From Candidatus Poribacteria bacterium (lineage in GTDB: Bacteria; Poribacteria; WGA-4E; WGA-3G), in contig CAXXLX010000002.1 in assembly GCA_963665235.2 (NCBI GenBank), positions 320,001 through 384,000 on the forward strand: a DNA stretch of 64,000 bases, given 5' to 3'. The notes beneath the pieces are model-generated. The model searched no databases and was not told the origin of the DNA. It saw only the letters and a list, made by a program, of their open reading frames with translations. Positions 40,648 to 51,236 of this stretch are shown here, in pieces (the first letter of the stretch is position 1; every line of letters begins with the position of its first letter). A program made the translations under genes and the position numbers.

Positions 40648-41856
40648 CTATGAAAGCTTCCCTAAATTTGCCTCCACCTGATTAAGCAAGTTCGTTGCGT
40701 AAGAATAGACTAATCTATTCTTCTGTTCATGTGTTTCAACAGCAAGTTCAATCAGTTGTGACACTAACTCCGGAAACGAAATCCCAACGGGATCCCACAG
40801 GTAAAAACTGAAGGAGCCAGGGATAGTATTGATTTCATTCACGTAAACTTCTTCATCGCTATCGAGCAAAAAATCGATTCGTGCAACGCCTGCACAATTA
40901 ATTGCCTGAAATGTTGCCGTAGCGAGTTTCTGTATATGTAACGTCAATTCTTCCGAAATCGGTGCAGGAATTTCACGTTGCGCCCCTGCCATCCCGGAAG
41001 ATACCCCCCCAATGTCCTCTGTAGTAGTGGGAGGACTATCGGTTGTTTCCTCCCTCTGATGGATATATTTATCGTCGAAACTGAGGAAATTGTTACTACT
41101 AATCGGTTTTTCACAGACAGAAGCGGTCGGCGTGTGTGTTCCCATCACGGCGCAGTTAATTTCAGAAGCGTTTTCTATACCCTGTTCAACGAGCACGCGA
41201 TGGCAATATCGGCAGGCAAGCTCGATAGCCTGCCGAAGCGTGTCCGTATCTGTTGCTTGACTTACCCCAATACTTGACCCGCTGACTGCTGGCTTAACGA
41301 ACACTGGATACGACAACCGCGATTCAACTTCTTTTAGGATAGCCACATCTGCTGTATTCCAGCCGTGCTTTGTCACAGGGAGATAGGGGAGTATCGGCAG
41401 TCCGTTCTCACTGAGGGCTGCTTTCATCATGATTTTATCCATGCCGACACTAGACCCTAGGACACCTGCGCCGATGTATGGGATATTCATGAGTTCAAGT
41501 AACCCTTGGAGAGACCCATCTTCTCCGTGTACGCCGTGAATTGCTGGAAATGCTACGTCGACCGGAAGTTCCGTTTTTTTACGCCGCCAGCCGGGCCGAC
41601 TCGGTGCTGCAACGAATTTCGGTGTCCCCTTAAACTCCACAGTGACCCTATTAAAATCGGAGGCGCGAGGGAGCGTTCCGCTGGTGAATGTGCTCAGTTC
41701 ATTGAGACCATCCCCTGTTAACCATTCCCCCGTTTTGGTAATATAAATCGGGATAACCTCATAATTTTCCGCCAATGCAGTATTGACCTGATGTGCCGTA
41801 ACGATGGAGACTTCGTGTTCAGGCGAGCGTCCGCCAAATATGAGAGCCACCTTCAT
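40648..41856 (-). CDS. ddl: D-alanine-D-alanine ligase
   Basis: FGGRSPEHEVS, HGVHGEDG, NEINTIPG. Confidence 0.95.
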   Translation of the reverse strand: MKVALIFGGRSPEHEVSIVTAHQVNTALAENYEVIPIYITKTGEWLTGDGLNELSTFTSGTLPRASDFNRVTVEFKGTPKFVAAPSRPGWRRKKTELPVDVAFPAIHGVHGEDGSLQGLLELMNIPYIGAGVLGSSVGMDKIMMKAALSENGLPILPYLPVTKHGWNTADVAILKEVESRLSYPVFVKPAVSGSSIGVSQATDTDTLRQAIELACRYCHRVLVEQGIENASEINCAVMGTHTPTASVCEKPISSNNFLSFDDKYIHQREETTDSPPTTTEDIGGVSSGMAGAQREIPAPISEELTLHIQKLATATFQAINCAGVARIDFLLDSDEEVYVNEINTIPGSFSFYLWDPVGISFPELVSQLIELAVETHEQKNRLVYSYATNLLNQVEANLGKLS

Positions 41857-41912
41857 CAAATTCTTCGGGCAGAAAAACCTCACCTTTTAAGGCGGAGAGG
41901 AGTGCCCGCTCC
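41857..41912 (+). mobile_element. IS200/IS605 left-end relic abutting the ddl start codon
   Basis: TCAT|CAAATTCTTCGG + hairpin, same pattern as the IsrB element ends. Confidence 0.55.
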
Positions 41913-42130
41913 TTTGCATCCGCATTGTCGGACGCTAGTTTTTTTGACCTTTTTGTTTTCTTCACATCTAAATAGTAGCAGTCGGAATGGGTTGTAGTTG
42001 CCTGAGAAGCAGGCTTGATGAAGATTAATTTTTAAAATTCGGAACGGATGATAAATCACCTACTACGAGCCCTTACTGAACTATTTATTTAAACTTTATA
42101 CAGATTATGTTACAAAAGTGGTGCCTTAGA

Positions 42131-42285
42131 TTAACGCGAGTTTGAAAAAAGTTTTGACCTAGAGTATTCTCTGGTAGTTTTAGGAAAAACCCGCACAAAC
42201 TAAAAGTTTATGCTACAATTACACCGCTTTTTTCGCGGTGAAAAGGTTTGGAGCAAACGGATATTTATTATCAAGTTCACGTTAG
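42131..42285. mobile_element. Second copy of the TTAACGCGAG MITE
   Basis: Aligns with 5680-5837. Confidence 0.75.
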
Positions 42286-42337
42286 ATTAGTAAGAAACCG
42301 CCTGCAACACCGGCGCAGGCGAGCGGAGGCCAATGAT

Positions 42338-43978
42338 TCAAAGACCTGTTTCGTTGTAGTTATCGGGTAAATCGTTCTCAAAAAGGACCACATCGCCCGG
42401 TTTTACGCGTTTTTCCAGCTGCTGCTGTGCCTCAGCAAAGTCAGCAGCAACAAAAACTTGCTGCTGCGGATAATTAGCGGCCTTGAGCCCATCTATAATG
42501 GGCACCGTTCTCATTTTCCCTACCAAAATAATAAAATCGCACACCCTTGCAGCTTCCGAACCGAAATGCTTATTTTCATCATATTCACGTTCACCTAATT
42601 CTACCATCCCGGGGGTTACCAGAATCTTTTTCCGGTGCTTCTCACTCGTAAAGTCGTTAAGAACGTCGAGAGCTGTTTTCGCTCCCAAGGGATTTGCATT
42701 GAAACTGTCGTCAATAACGGTCACACCTGCCTCGCCATCTATCAACTGTAAACGGTGCGGTACCGATTGTAAGGTTTCAACTGCCTCCCGAATTTCATGC
42801 AGCGTCATGCCGCACGTCAACGCAACACCTACTGCAGCGAGGATATTGGAGACGTTATGCTGACCCAACAACCGGGTTGTCATCACAACACTCCCAGCAA
42901 CATCGTCTATCACGGTAAACGTTAACCCTTTGTAGCTCTGCTCAATCTGGGATGCTCTCAATTTCACTACCGTGTCGTCAGCCGATGTGGGCGACATGCT
43001 CTGGATACCGTACCGGATAACTGGCACATGTTCAGTCTTATCGGCAAGTTTTGCACAGATTTCGTTATCTACATTGATGACAGCGAGCCCATCTGGGGGG
43101 AGCGATTCGATTAGCTCATATTTCGCACGGGTGGTATTTTCAATGCTCTTAAATCGCTCTAAATGTTGCGGCCCGACGGCGGTAAGTATGCCGATAGATG
43201 GCGATGCAAGATTACACAGCTGCCGGATATCACCACGTTTATAGGCACCCATCTCAACGATAAACAGCTCGTGCTCCTCTGACAAATCACCCCGAATCAC
43301 CTTACAAATGCCCATCGGCGTGTTATAACTATCCGGTGTCATCAACGTGTTAAACTTTCGTGACAAAATCTGGTGTAGAATATATTTCGTGCTCGTCTTT
43401 CCGTAGCTGCCTGTGATTCCGATAACTTTAGGTTGAAGTGTCTTAAGTCTCCGTTTTGCATCGCGTAAATACGCACCGTTTATGAGACGTTCCAACGGCC
43501 AAATTAAAAGGTTGCTCACAACTAGATTCAACGTTGTCAGTTCACTGAAAAGAAAAAGCGATACGCGCCACCTATTCTCTCTTAAACCGAGAGCTAACCC
43601 GATGGCGAGTACTGATAGCAGTGCAAGGGACAGACCGAAAACCCGTTTTGCCCGGGCGGTATAAACGAGCGGTTTTTTCGCAGGAGGCTTCTTCTTACCA
43701 ACAATTTGATAGGTTTGAAACGCAATCCAAGCGAGACAGACTGCCGGAAAAACCCAATTCGTTTGACCCGCAGGATATCCCCACGTTAGTAGAATCAGGA
43801 AACCTGCTCCAAGGCAAATATCTTCAATCGCGAAGCAGCGCCTCGGATGCATCCAAATCCATTTCAGATAACGTCCCGTTTTATAGCCATCCAATTGGAG
43901 TATGTGGAGTCCGTGTGTTGTTCTAAAAACTGCCCTTACGAAACAGGCAAAAACTACGAGATAGAAAAATAGAATCAT
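42338..43978 (-). CDS. murF: MurF with an N-terminal membrane domain
   Basis: GITGSYGKTSTK, SYNTPMG, DDSFNANP, FENDLPD; several N-terminal TM segments. Confidence 0.92.
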   Translation of the reverse strand: MILFFYLVVFACFVRAVFRTTHGLHILQLDGYKTGRYLKWIWMHPRRCFAIEDICLGAGFLILLTWGYPAGQTNWVFPAVCLAWIAFQTYQIVGKKKPPAKKPLVYTARAKRVFGLSLALLSVLAIGLALGLRENRWRVSLFLFSELTTLNLVVSNLLIWPLERLINGAYLRDAKRRLKTLQPKVIGITGSYGKTSTKYILHQILSRKFNTLMTPDSYNTPMGICKVIRGDLSEEHELFIVEMGAYKRGDIRQLCNLASPSIGILTAVGPQHLERFKSIENTTRAKYELIESLPPDGLAVINVDNEICAKLADKTEHVPVIRYGIQSMSPTSADDTVVKLRASQIEQSYKGLTFTVIDDVAGSVVMTTRLLGQHNVSNILAAVGVALTCGMTLHEIREAVETLQSVPHRLQLIDGEAGVTVIDDSFNANPLGAKTALDVLNDFTSEKHRKKILVTPGMVELGEREYDENKHFGSEAARVCDFIILVGKMRTVPIIDGLKAANYPQQQVFVAADFAEAQQQLEKRVKPGDVVLFENDLPDNYNETGL

Positions 43979-43995
43979 GTGGCCTCTGTGCATCG

Positions 43996-44772
43996 CTATT
44001 GTGTTGATGCTAAAAAGGTTGTTACGTGTTGTCGAAACTGGGGAAATTGGTCGAGATAAGAGAAATGCCCAGCATCTTTAAGGATGACCAATTCGGTGTC
44101 CGGTATTTCCTTCTCCATTATTTTTCCGAAGGAGACAGGGGTATCCTTATCGTTTTCTCCCCAAATTAATAACGTAGATGCCCTGATTTTTGGGAGAAGC
44201 GGTCGCAAATCCTGCTTAACAGACTTGACAAGCGTTGCTCGCATCGTCCCCGCATTCCGATAATCTGTCGAACCTGCCCGTTCTGACAGGATATCCGCCC
44301 AGTTGTTACCGAAGGTGCCGCAACGTCTCAGCAAGCGTCCAATTTTTGAAAGGCTCACCCGCATATAGTATTTCGCGTTTCTGCGTTTGAGCCCGGCACT
44401 ATTCACTAAAATTAGTTTATCTACGTTTTCCGGTGCCTCGGCTGCCATCACTATGGAAATTCTGCCGCCGTAAGAATGGCCGATGAGATGTGCCTTGTCA
44501 ATACCAATTTTGTCAAAAAAGGCTGAAAGACATCGGGCATAGTCGGTTGCATTCCAGCCTGTCAAAGGCGGTTCGCTCAACCCGAAACCGGGGAGGTCAA
44601 GTGCATAAACCTTGTATGAAGGCGAAAGCCACTCAAAAATAGGCGTAAAACTGTTCGATTCTGCACCCCACCCGTGTAGCAGCACAACAGTTTCACCTTC
44701 CCCCGCAACCTGATATGAAATCTTTAACCCATTAATTTCTATGAACAAATTCTGAGGCGACTTTTCGGTCAT
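43996..44772 (-). CDS. Alpha/beta hydrolase
   Basis: LLHGWG, DLPGFG, GHSYGG, AGHFSYLD. Confidence 0.9.
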   Translation of the reverse strand: MTEKSPQNLFIEINGLKISYQVAGEGETVVLLHGWGAESNSFTPIFEWLSPSYKVYALDLPGFGLSEPPLTGWNATDYARCLSAFFDKIGIDKAHLIGHSYGGRISIVMAAEAPENVDKLILVNSAGLKRRNAKYYMRVSLSKIGRLLRRCGTFGNNWADILSERAGSTDYRNAGTMRATLVKSVKQDLRPLLPKIRASTLLIWGENDKDTPVSFGKIMEKEIPDTELVILKDAGHFSYLDQFPQFRQHVTTFLASTQ

Positions 44773-46252
44773 CGAATGGGAACCGTTCGCCATGAATTTC
44801 CTGGTAGTCCTCATGTCCTTTTCCTGCAATGACGACGATATCCCCTGGATTTGCATGCGCGATTGCATATTGAATCGCTTCGCGTCTCTCCGGGATACAC
44901 AAATATGCTGCACCATGTGGTAAATTTGATACAATTTCTTTAATGATTTCATTAGGGTTTTCCGTGCGCGGATTGTCGGAGGTAATCACACTTAAATCAG
45001 CCAATTCGAGGGAAATTTTCCCCATTTTGGGTCTTTTTTTCCTATCTCGGTCCCCGCCACAGCCGAAAACGGCGATTAATTTTCCATCTGTGATATTGCG
45101 TGCGGCGGTCAGTACATTTTCCAAACCATCAGGGGTGTGTGCATAATCTACGATGACAGCGAAATCCTGTTCCATCTTATTCGCGGCGGTAACAAGCTCA
45201 AAACGCCCAGGGACGACAGTTGCAGCGAGCCCGTGGCGAATCGCTGCCGGGCTACAATTGTAACGCATCCCCACCCCTATTGCAGCAAGGGCATTGTAAA
45301 CATTATAATTCCCGAGTAGATGAATAGTCGCCTGAATCTTCCGGCTTACGTTGTTTTTTAAAGCTTTATTACCGTTCTCGCTCTGCACCACTGTAAACGC
45401 TAGCTCCTTCAGGGATACTGCTATATCGCGCGCCTGCAAATCGGCATCCGTTTCAATGCCGTACCGTAAAATGTTTGCATGTGGCAAGTGCTTCGCTATG
45501 CGTGGTGTAGCTGGTGAATCGGCGTTTAAGATTGCTACGCCTTCCGGACTGAGTTGTGAGAACAGCATTAGTTTAGCAGCGAAGTAGTTCTCCATTGTGC
45601 CGTGGTAGTCTAAATGGTCTTGCGTTAGGTTGGTAAAGACAGCTGTATGATATGTGAGCCCTGTCAATCGGTGTTGTGCAAGTCCCTGGGAGGAGGTTTC
45701 CATAACGACATATTCAATGCCTGCATCAGCCATCTGTTTTAGCAGTGCGTGAAGTTGAAATGCATCGGGGGTCGTCAGTTGTGCGGGAATATCAATTTTT
45801 GTCGGGGATTTTGCGTCTGTTTCATAGGTATGTCCAACTGTTCCGAGTACAGCGGTTTTCAGCCCGTGTGCCTTCAGAATGCCGTATGTCAGATGTGCTG
45901 TTGAAGTTTTTCCGTTTGTGCCAGTGATACCGATGAGTTTCAATCGTCTTGCGGGGTTCCCATGCCAATTAGCGGCACTTAAGGCTTGAGCACACCGGCC
46001 GTTAGCGGTCCTAATGTATGTTACACCTATAGGCACCTCGGATGTGTGCTTTTCTGCGATGATTGCTCGCGCCCCGTTTTGAATCGCCCCGGCAATAAAG
46101 CGGTGTCCATCAACGTTTAAACCTTCATAGCAGATAAAGGCGTATCCGGGCTTGACTTTCCGGTGGTCGCTGACAACCCCTGTGATTTCTACATTGTGTT
46201 CCCCTGTGATGTCTATGATTTCAATACCGTTCAGAAGCTCCTGGAGTTTCAT
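44732..46252 (-). CDS. murE: UDP-MurNAc-tripeptide synthetase (meso-DAP type)
   Basis: GTNGKTST, DYAHTPD, DNPR, GKGHE. Confidence 0.96.
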   Translation of the reverse strand: MKLQELLNGIEIIDITGEHNVEITGVVSDHRKVKPGYAFICYEGLNVDGHRFIAGAIQNGARAIIAEKHTSEVPIGVTYIRTANGRCAQALSAANWHGNPARRLKLIGITGTNGKTSTAHLTYGILKAHGLKTAVLGTVGHTYETDAKSPTKIDIPAQLTTPDAFQLHALLKQMADAGIEYVVMETSSQGLAQHRLTGLTYHTAVFTNLTQDHLDYHGTMENYFAAKLMLFSQLSPEGVAILNADSPATPRIAKHLPHANILRYGIETDADLQARDIAVSLKELAFTVVQSENGNKALKNNVSRKIQATIHLLGNYNVYNALAAIGVGMRYNCSPAAIRHGLAATVVPGRFELVTAANKMEQDFAVIVDYAHTPDGLENVLTAARNITDGKLIAVFGCGGDRDRKKRPKMGKISLELADLSVITSDNPRTENPNEIIKEIVSNLPHGAAYLCIPERREAIQYAIAHANPGDIVVIAGKGHEDYQEIHGERFPFDDRKVASEFVHRN

Positions 46253-48147
46253 AAACCGCCTCCCTGCTCCAACGCGGCATTTGATAACACTGTCGTCTGC
46301 GAATCGTCTCTGCGCGTCAACCCCTCTCTAACCCCACCGTTTTGTGGCTCGCTCCGAAGGCTAAGCGCGTTGGCATCTGAGGTTTTTACCTTACGTCTAC
46401 TTATGGCATCTTCCTTTGTTGAGTAGTCAGGCTCGTCCTCAAAAAAGTCTGTCTGTTCAATATACTGAATAGCTTGGGTGGCAATTTGTTTGAAAATTGG
46501 TGCGGCAACTTGACTGCTGTACCGTGCGCCTTTCGGTTCGTCAATAGTGACAATAATCGCAATTTGTGGGTTATCGGCTGGCAGGAATCCCATAAATGAC
46601 ATGACCTCCTTACCCGCGGCGTAACCTTTTCCTCTTTCAGCCTTCTGTGCTGTTCCTGTTTTCCCTGCGACGAGATACCCCTCTATTTTGGCACGTCTGC
46701 CGCTTCCATTTTCTACAACCCCTGTCAGGATGTCAGTCATCTGTCTGGCTACTTCCGGACGCAACACCCGTTGCATTTCAATCGGATAAACCCTTTTGAT
46801 AAGGTTACCTTGTGCATCGCGAATTTCTTTGGTAATATAGGGGCGGCGGAGAATACCGCCATTCGCAATTACGTTCAAGGCGTTCACCATTTGCAAAGGC
46901 GTAACCGCAATACCCTGCCCATAAGGAATGGACCCGAGTGAGTTCGCATCCCAATGCCGCAACGCATAGAGGTTGCCAATCTGTTCGTATGGCAGGTCAA
47001 CGCCTGTCAATTTTCCGAAACCGAAACGTTTTATGTACGCTTGAAATTGCTTATGCCCTAACCGCTCCACAATTTTTATCATGCCGATATTGCTCGATTT
47101 GTGTAGCACCTCGGCAAGCGTTAGCCACCCTTTCGCAGAAACATCTTTAACAGTCCGCCCATTGGGAAGACGATATCGGCCATTTTGACAAAAAATGCTT
47201 GAACTTGGGCTCATGATGCCTTCGTTCAGGACAGCAGCAGCACCGACAATTTTGAAAATGGAGCCAGGCTCATAGGTATACCAAATTCCGAGATTCCGCT
47301 TCGTTTCCTCGTCCCCGTGTGCGTAATTGTTCAGGTCGTAAGATGGATAACTTGCCATCGCTAAAATCTCTGAGGTTGACACGGACAAAACAATTGCGGT
47401 CCCCCGAGGCGCGTTCCACTCTCGACACCCAACTGATAATGCCTTTTCGGTAATATCCTGGATATACTCATCAATCGTTAGAACGACATTACATGCATAA
47501 TTTCCGAGCATGTCTGAACCGACTTGTCCGTTGGCTCCGGGCGCGCCTACGTTTGCGCTCCTATGAACTGAGCCTCTATGCTGCTTCTGAAGATAGTTGT
47601 TGTAGTAAAATTCAACGCCTTCTCCTTCTTCAGCATCGTTGAGGTATCCGATAACTTGTGCAGCGAGGTCCCCCTTCGGATAGATGCGTCTCTGTTTCAC
47701 CTTATAGCGAATCCCGCTATATTTTTCGGCAAGATTTTGGATTGCATCTAACGCTTCATAATCAACGTTCTTCTGTAGGGAAACGAACTCTCTCTGCTTA
47801 CGCCGCAGTTGTGCCAGCAATTGCGTTTTATCAGCGCCTAAAATCTCAGCCAATTCGGCGGCGACACGGGTCGGATTAACATTTTTCGCATTCAGATACC
47901 TCGGATCGGCGGAAACCCAAAGCCGGTCTTGACTGATACCTAGCACGTGGCCATGCCTGTCTAAAATTTTGCCGCGTTTAACCTGCTGTTTGTCCCGAGA
48001 ACGCCAATCCGCGCGTGTTTCCGTGGCAGCCTCACGTTCTAAAAACTGAAGAGTGAACAGCTTGCCCATCAATAATAGAAAGCCGCCCTGTAAGACTACC
48101 AAAATAAGGATAAGACGGATAACTGAAATACGTAGGGTTTTTTTCAT
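46249..48147 (-). CDS. ftsI: Class B penicillin-binding protein (FtsI)
   Basis: EPGSIFK (SxxK), SSN, KTGT. Confidence 0.92.
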   Translation of the reverse strand: MKKTLRISVIRLILILVVLQGGFLLLMGKLFTLQFLEREAATETRADWRSRDKQQVKRGKILDRHGHVLGISQDRLWVSADPRYLNAKNVNPTRVAAELAEILGADKTQLLAQLRRKQREFVSLQKNVDYEALDAIQNLAEKYSGIRYKVKQRRIYPKGDLAAQVIGYLNDAEEGEGVEFYYNNYLQKQHRGSVHRSANVGAPGANGQVGSDMLGNYACNVVLTIDEYIQDITEKALSVGCREWNAPRGTAIVLSVSTSEILAMASYPSYDLNNYAHGDEETKRNLGIWYTYEPGSIFKIVGAAAVLNEGIMSPSSSIFCQNGRYRLPNGRTVKDVSAKGWLTLAEVLHKSSNIGMIKIVERLGHKQFQAYIKRFGFGKLTGVDLPYEQIGNLYALRHWDANSLGSIPYGQGIAVTPLQMVNALNVIANGGILRRPYITKEIRDAQGNLIKRVYPIEMQRVLRPEVARQMTDILTGVVENGSGRRAKIEGYLVAGKTGTAQKAERGKGYAAGKEVMSFMGFLPADNPQIAIIVTIDEPKGARYSSQVAAPIFKQIATQAIQYIEQTDFFEDEPDYSTKEDAISRRKVKTSDANALSLRSEPQNGGVREGLTRRDDSQTTVLSNAALEQGGGL

Positions 48148-48215
48148 GATTCTCCTTACAACTGTTTACAAGTACCGGACACTGCTACCTTAGTGGGAAC
48201 GTCAAGAGAAAAGGG

Positions 48216-48539
48216 TTATTTATCCTGGAGCCGCTGTGTTTCGCCAGTCCATTCCTCCATCCCCAACTCTTTCGCAATTTGACGCACCCGCTTCACTTCA
48301 GTTAATGTTTCCACCACCAGCTCCAACTTATGAATTTCATGTTGAGTTTGGCTGCGTTGCTTCTGAAACACTGGCCCCTGCCGAAGCACAACCCGCTTTG
48401 CATAAGATGAAAACCAGACGCTGGCACTAAAAACACATAAAGCTAGTGCTAACACTACGTAGACAATCGAAATTGTCAATTTCGGTTTGCGTTCCTCTTT
48501 TTCTTCAGTTTGTGTTGTGTACTTGTTTGAATTCCGCAT
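48216..48539 (-). CDS. ftsL: FtsL-like bitopic protein
   Basis: TM plus coiled coil, RVRQIAKELGM; lies between rsmH and ftsI. Confidence 0.7.
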   Translation of the reverse strand: MRNSNKYTTQTEEKEERKPKLTISIVYVVLALALCVFSASVWFSSYAKRVVLRQGPVFQKQRSQTQHEIHKLELVVETLTEVKRVRQIAKELGMEEWTGETQRLQDK

Positions 48540-48567
48540 CTTTAAATCTATACGTTCAATTTCAAGG

Positions 48568-49572
48568 TTAAGATACACTTTTTTGACTATCACGTCCGGG
48601 CTCGGATAACTTGACTGCAACACGCAACTTTGCACTCCGGGCCCGCGGGTTTGCTGCAACTTCGTTCGCTGATGGCTGCACGGGGGTCTTCGTTACAACA
48701 CGCAGCAACTGACGATGTTCACAAATACAGATAGGTGTTTTCGGCGGACAGATACAAGACTTCGCTAAATCACGAAACCGCCGCTTCACTAAACGGTCCT
48801 CTAACGAATGGAAACTAATAACACACAGGGATGCCCCCGGTTTCAATACTGAAACGACTGTATCTAATCCAATCGACAAATTCTCCAACTCCCCGTTTAC
48901 CTGAATTCGGAGTGCCTGAAACACCCGCGTGGCGGGATGTAATCGCACCCCTTTCCGATGGGAAGACGAAGAGACTTTACCTCCTCCGACCTTATGGCGG
49001 TAAGCACGTTTTACTATTTCTGCCAATTCTATAGTTGTTGTTATCGGTTTCTCCGTGCGTCGTGCAACGATGTCCCGAGCAATTCGTCTGGCAAACCGTT
49101 CCTCGCCATATTCCTTGAATATATTCACCAATTCCTCAGGTGTGCTTTCGTTAACAAGGTCTGCAGCGGAAACCCTATCGCGCAAATCCATCCGCATATC
49201 TAAAGCCCCAAGGTGTTGAAAACTGAACCCTCTGCTAGGTGTATCTAACTGCAACGAGGATACCCCGAGGTCAAGCAGGACACCGTCTACCTCACTAACG
49301 GTGTGCGTTTGTAGCAGTTGCTGAAGATGTGCAAAGTTCCCGTGAATCAAGGAAACTCGGTCCTTGAAAGCGTGCAAACGCGTGCTTGCAATTCCGAGAG
49401 CTTCTGCATCTCTATCAATACCAATGACGCGACCGGTCGGACTGGATTTTTTCAAAATTCGGAGACTGTGTCCGCCTAAACCAATTGTCGCATCTATATA
49501 AATGCCTTCCGGTTCCGGTTTAAGAAAATCGAGTACTTCATCACATAAAACGGGTATGTGCATTTCCTGCAT
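48568..49572 (-). CDS. rsmH: 16S rRNA m4C1402 methyltransferase
   Basis: HIPVL, DLGVSS, FHSLEDR, NPRARSAKLR. Confidence 0.97.
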   Translation of the reverse strand: MQEMHIPVLCDEVLDFLKPEPEGIYIDATIGLGGHSLRILKKSSPTGRVIGIDRDAEALGIASTRLHAFKDRVSLIHGNFAHLQQLLQTHTVSEVDGVLLDLGVSSLQLDTPSRGFSFQHLGALDMRMDLRDRVSAADLVNESTPEELVNIFKEYGEERFARRIARDIVARRTEKPITTTIELAEIVKRAYRHKVGGGKVSSSSHRKGVRLHPATRVFQALRIQVNGELENLSIGLDTVVSVLKPGASLCVISFHSLEDRLVKRRFRDLAKSCICPPKTPICICEHRQLLRVVTKTPVQPSANEVAANPRARSAKLRVAVKLSEPGRDSQKSVS

Positions 49573-49709
49573 AGTGTTACCTCAAACATAATTTTATAGC
49601 AAGAACCGTGCCAAAATTTTGGGGTAATCAGGATTATGCTCTTTAATAAGAAAAATCTTGCACTTTTCTCCTTAATATGCTAATTTAACCTAAGGTGCCA
49701 CCTTTGTAA

Positions 49710-51089
49710 TACCATTTTTATTAATTATTCTATCATTACCGGTTGTTAGAAATGAGACGGAGAACGGAAGACCCAAACTGGAAGTTTATGCTACGATAAA
49801 GGGCACAAACTGGAAGTTTATGCTACGATAAAGGGCACAAACTGGAAGTTTATGCTACGATAAAGGGCACAAACATTCCTATTGTCCCAGGAGGTATTGT
49901 CTTATGTCAAAACGCCATGAACTTGAACTCAGTAAAGATGAACGCCAAAGACATTGAACGATACAGGGGAACCCGCTTATCTTCGGGAACGTGCGGCTGC
50001 CCTGCTAAAGATAGCCGCGGGAACTTCTCCACACAAAGTCGCCCTCAAAGGGCTGCTAAAGAAGCGAGATCCGGACACTGTTTATGCCTGGCTTCGCCGA
50101 TACCAAGAAGAGGGCATTCAAGGATTGTTTCATAGACCGGGCCGTGGCCGCAAACCCGCGTTCGCCCCCTGGATCCCCCGAAGAAGCAGAAACCGAGGCG
50201 TTGACGGCTATAGGACAAGACCCGGGACAAGTCAAGGCACATCAAACGCGCTGGACGCTTCGCACCGAGGTTGTGCCGTGGCTTGCTAAATCTCTGTGCC
50301 GGGTATCCATCAAATCTTCTCACGCCTGGGCATCAGCTATAAGCGTGCTAGACTTATGCTACAGACTATGCCAAGAAAATAATACAGCAAGTTTTAGAAG
50401 AAATCAAAACCCACAGAACACGGCTGTGCTTTATCAAGATTTCTCTACCGAAACCCCACTATAACTGGGCACAGACAGGGACAAAAACGCCATTAGCATC
50501 AGAGTTATCAATCGGATAAAACTAATCGGTGCTATGCCCCCATACAGGAGACGTTGTTTATCAGCAAGTGCCAAGCTGCACAGTTGTAGCCCTCCATACA
50601 TTTTATACCGATTTGCCAACGCTAGACAAGCAACGGAATCTTACAAGATAATCGGGCGGCCAAGATGGAGGCACTGCTGCCGCAATCGGTCTCCTTTGTG
50701 AAACCGACGATTGGACCGGAAAACTTTCCGAGAAAATCGGTGAACTGACAAACTGATTGAAGTTTATGCTACGGATAAAGCCTCTGCACAAACTTGGACA
50801 AGTTTATTGCTACGCTATCGGATTATTACCGAATTAATAAATTAATCTTCATGAAGTTTATGCTACGATAAAGGGCACAAACTGGAAGTTTATGCTACGA
50901 TAAAGGGCACAAACTGGAAGTTTATGCTACGATAAAGGGCACAAACTGGAAGTTTATGCTACGATAAAGGGCACAAACTGGAAGTTTATGCTACGATAAA
51001 GGGCACAAACTGGAAGTTTATGCTACGATAAAGCGCACAAACTGGAAGTTTATGCTACAAGAAAGAGCCATTTTCAATTAGAAATGGTA
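49710..51089. mobile_element. MITE with 32-bp tandem REP units, interrupted by an IS630 relic and flanked by a 19-bp direct repeat
   Basis: TIRs as at 10275; unit GGGCACAAACTGGAAGTTTATGCTACGATAAA; TAAGGTGCCRCCTTTGTAA at 49691 and 51090. Confidence 0.8.
49904..50400 (+). pseudogene. IS630-family transposase N-terminal HTH fragment, frameshifted
   Basis: RERAAALLKIA, TVYAWLRRYQEEGIQGL..RPGRGRKP, RWTL. Confidence 0.75.
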
Positions 51090-51236
51090 TAAGGTGCCGC
51101 CTTTGTAACATAATCTACCGGAATTGGCAAATTGGCAAGATGTTGTGATTCTAATACGCGGTCTGACGCGCGTCAGAGGGTTTAGATTCATCTCTTGCTA
51201 ACAGCCAACAGCCAATAGCCAATTTAGGAAAACCTT

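Noticed and set aside
50853-51060. 32-bp tandem array as CRISPR
   Set aside because: Head-to-tail identical units without spacers; GTAG-REP hairpin inside a MITE
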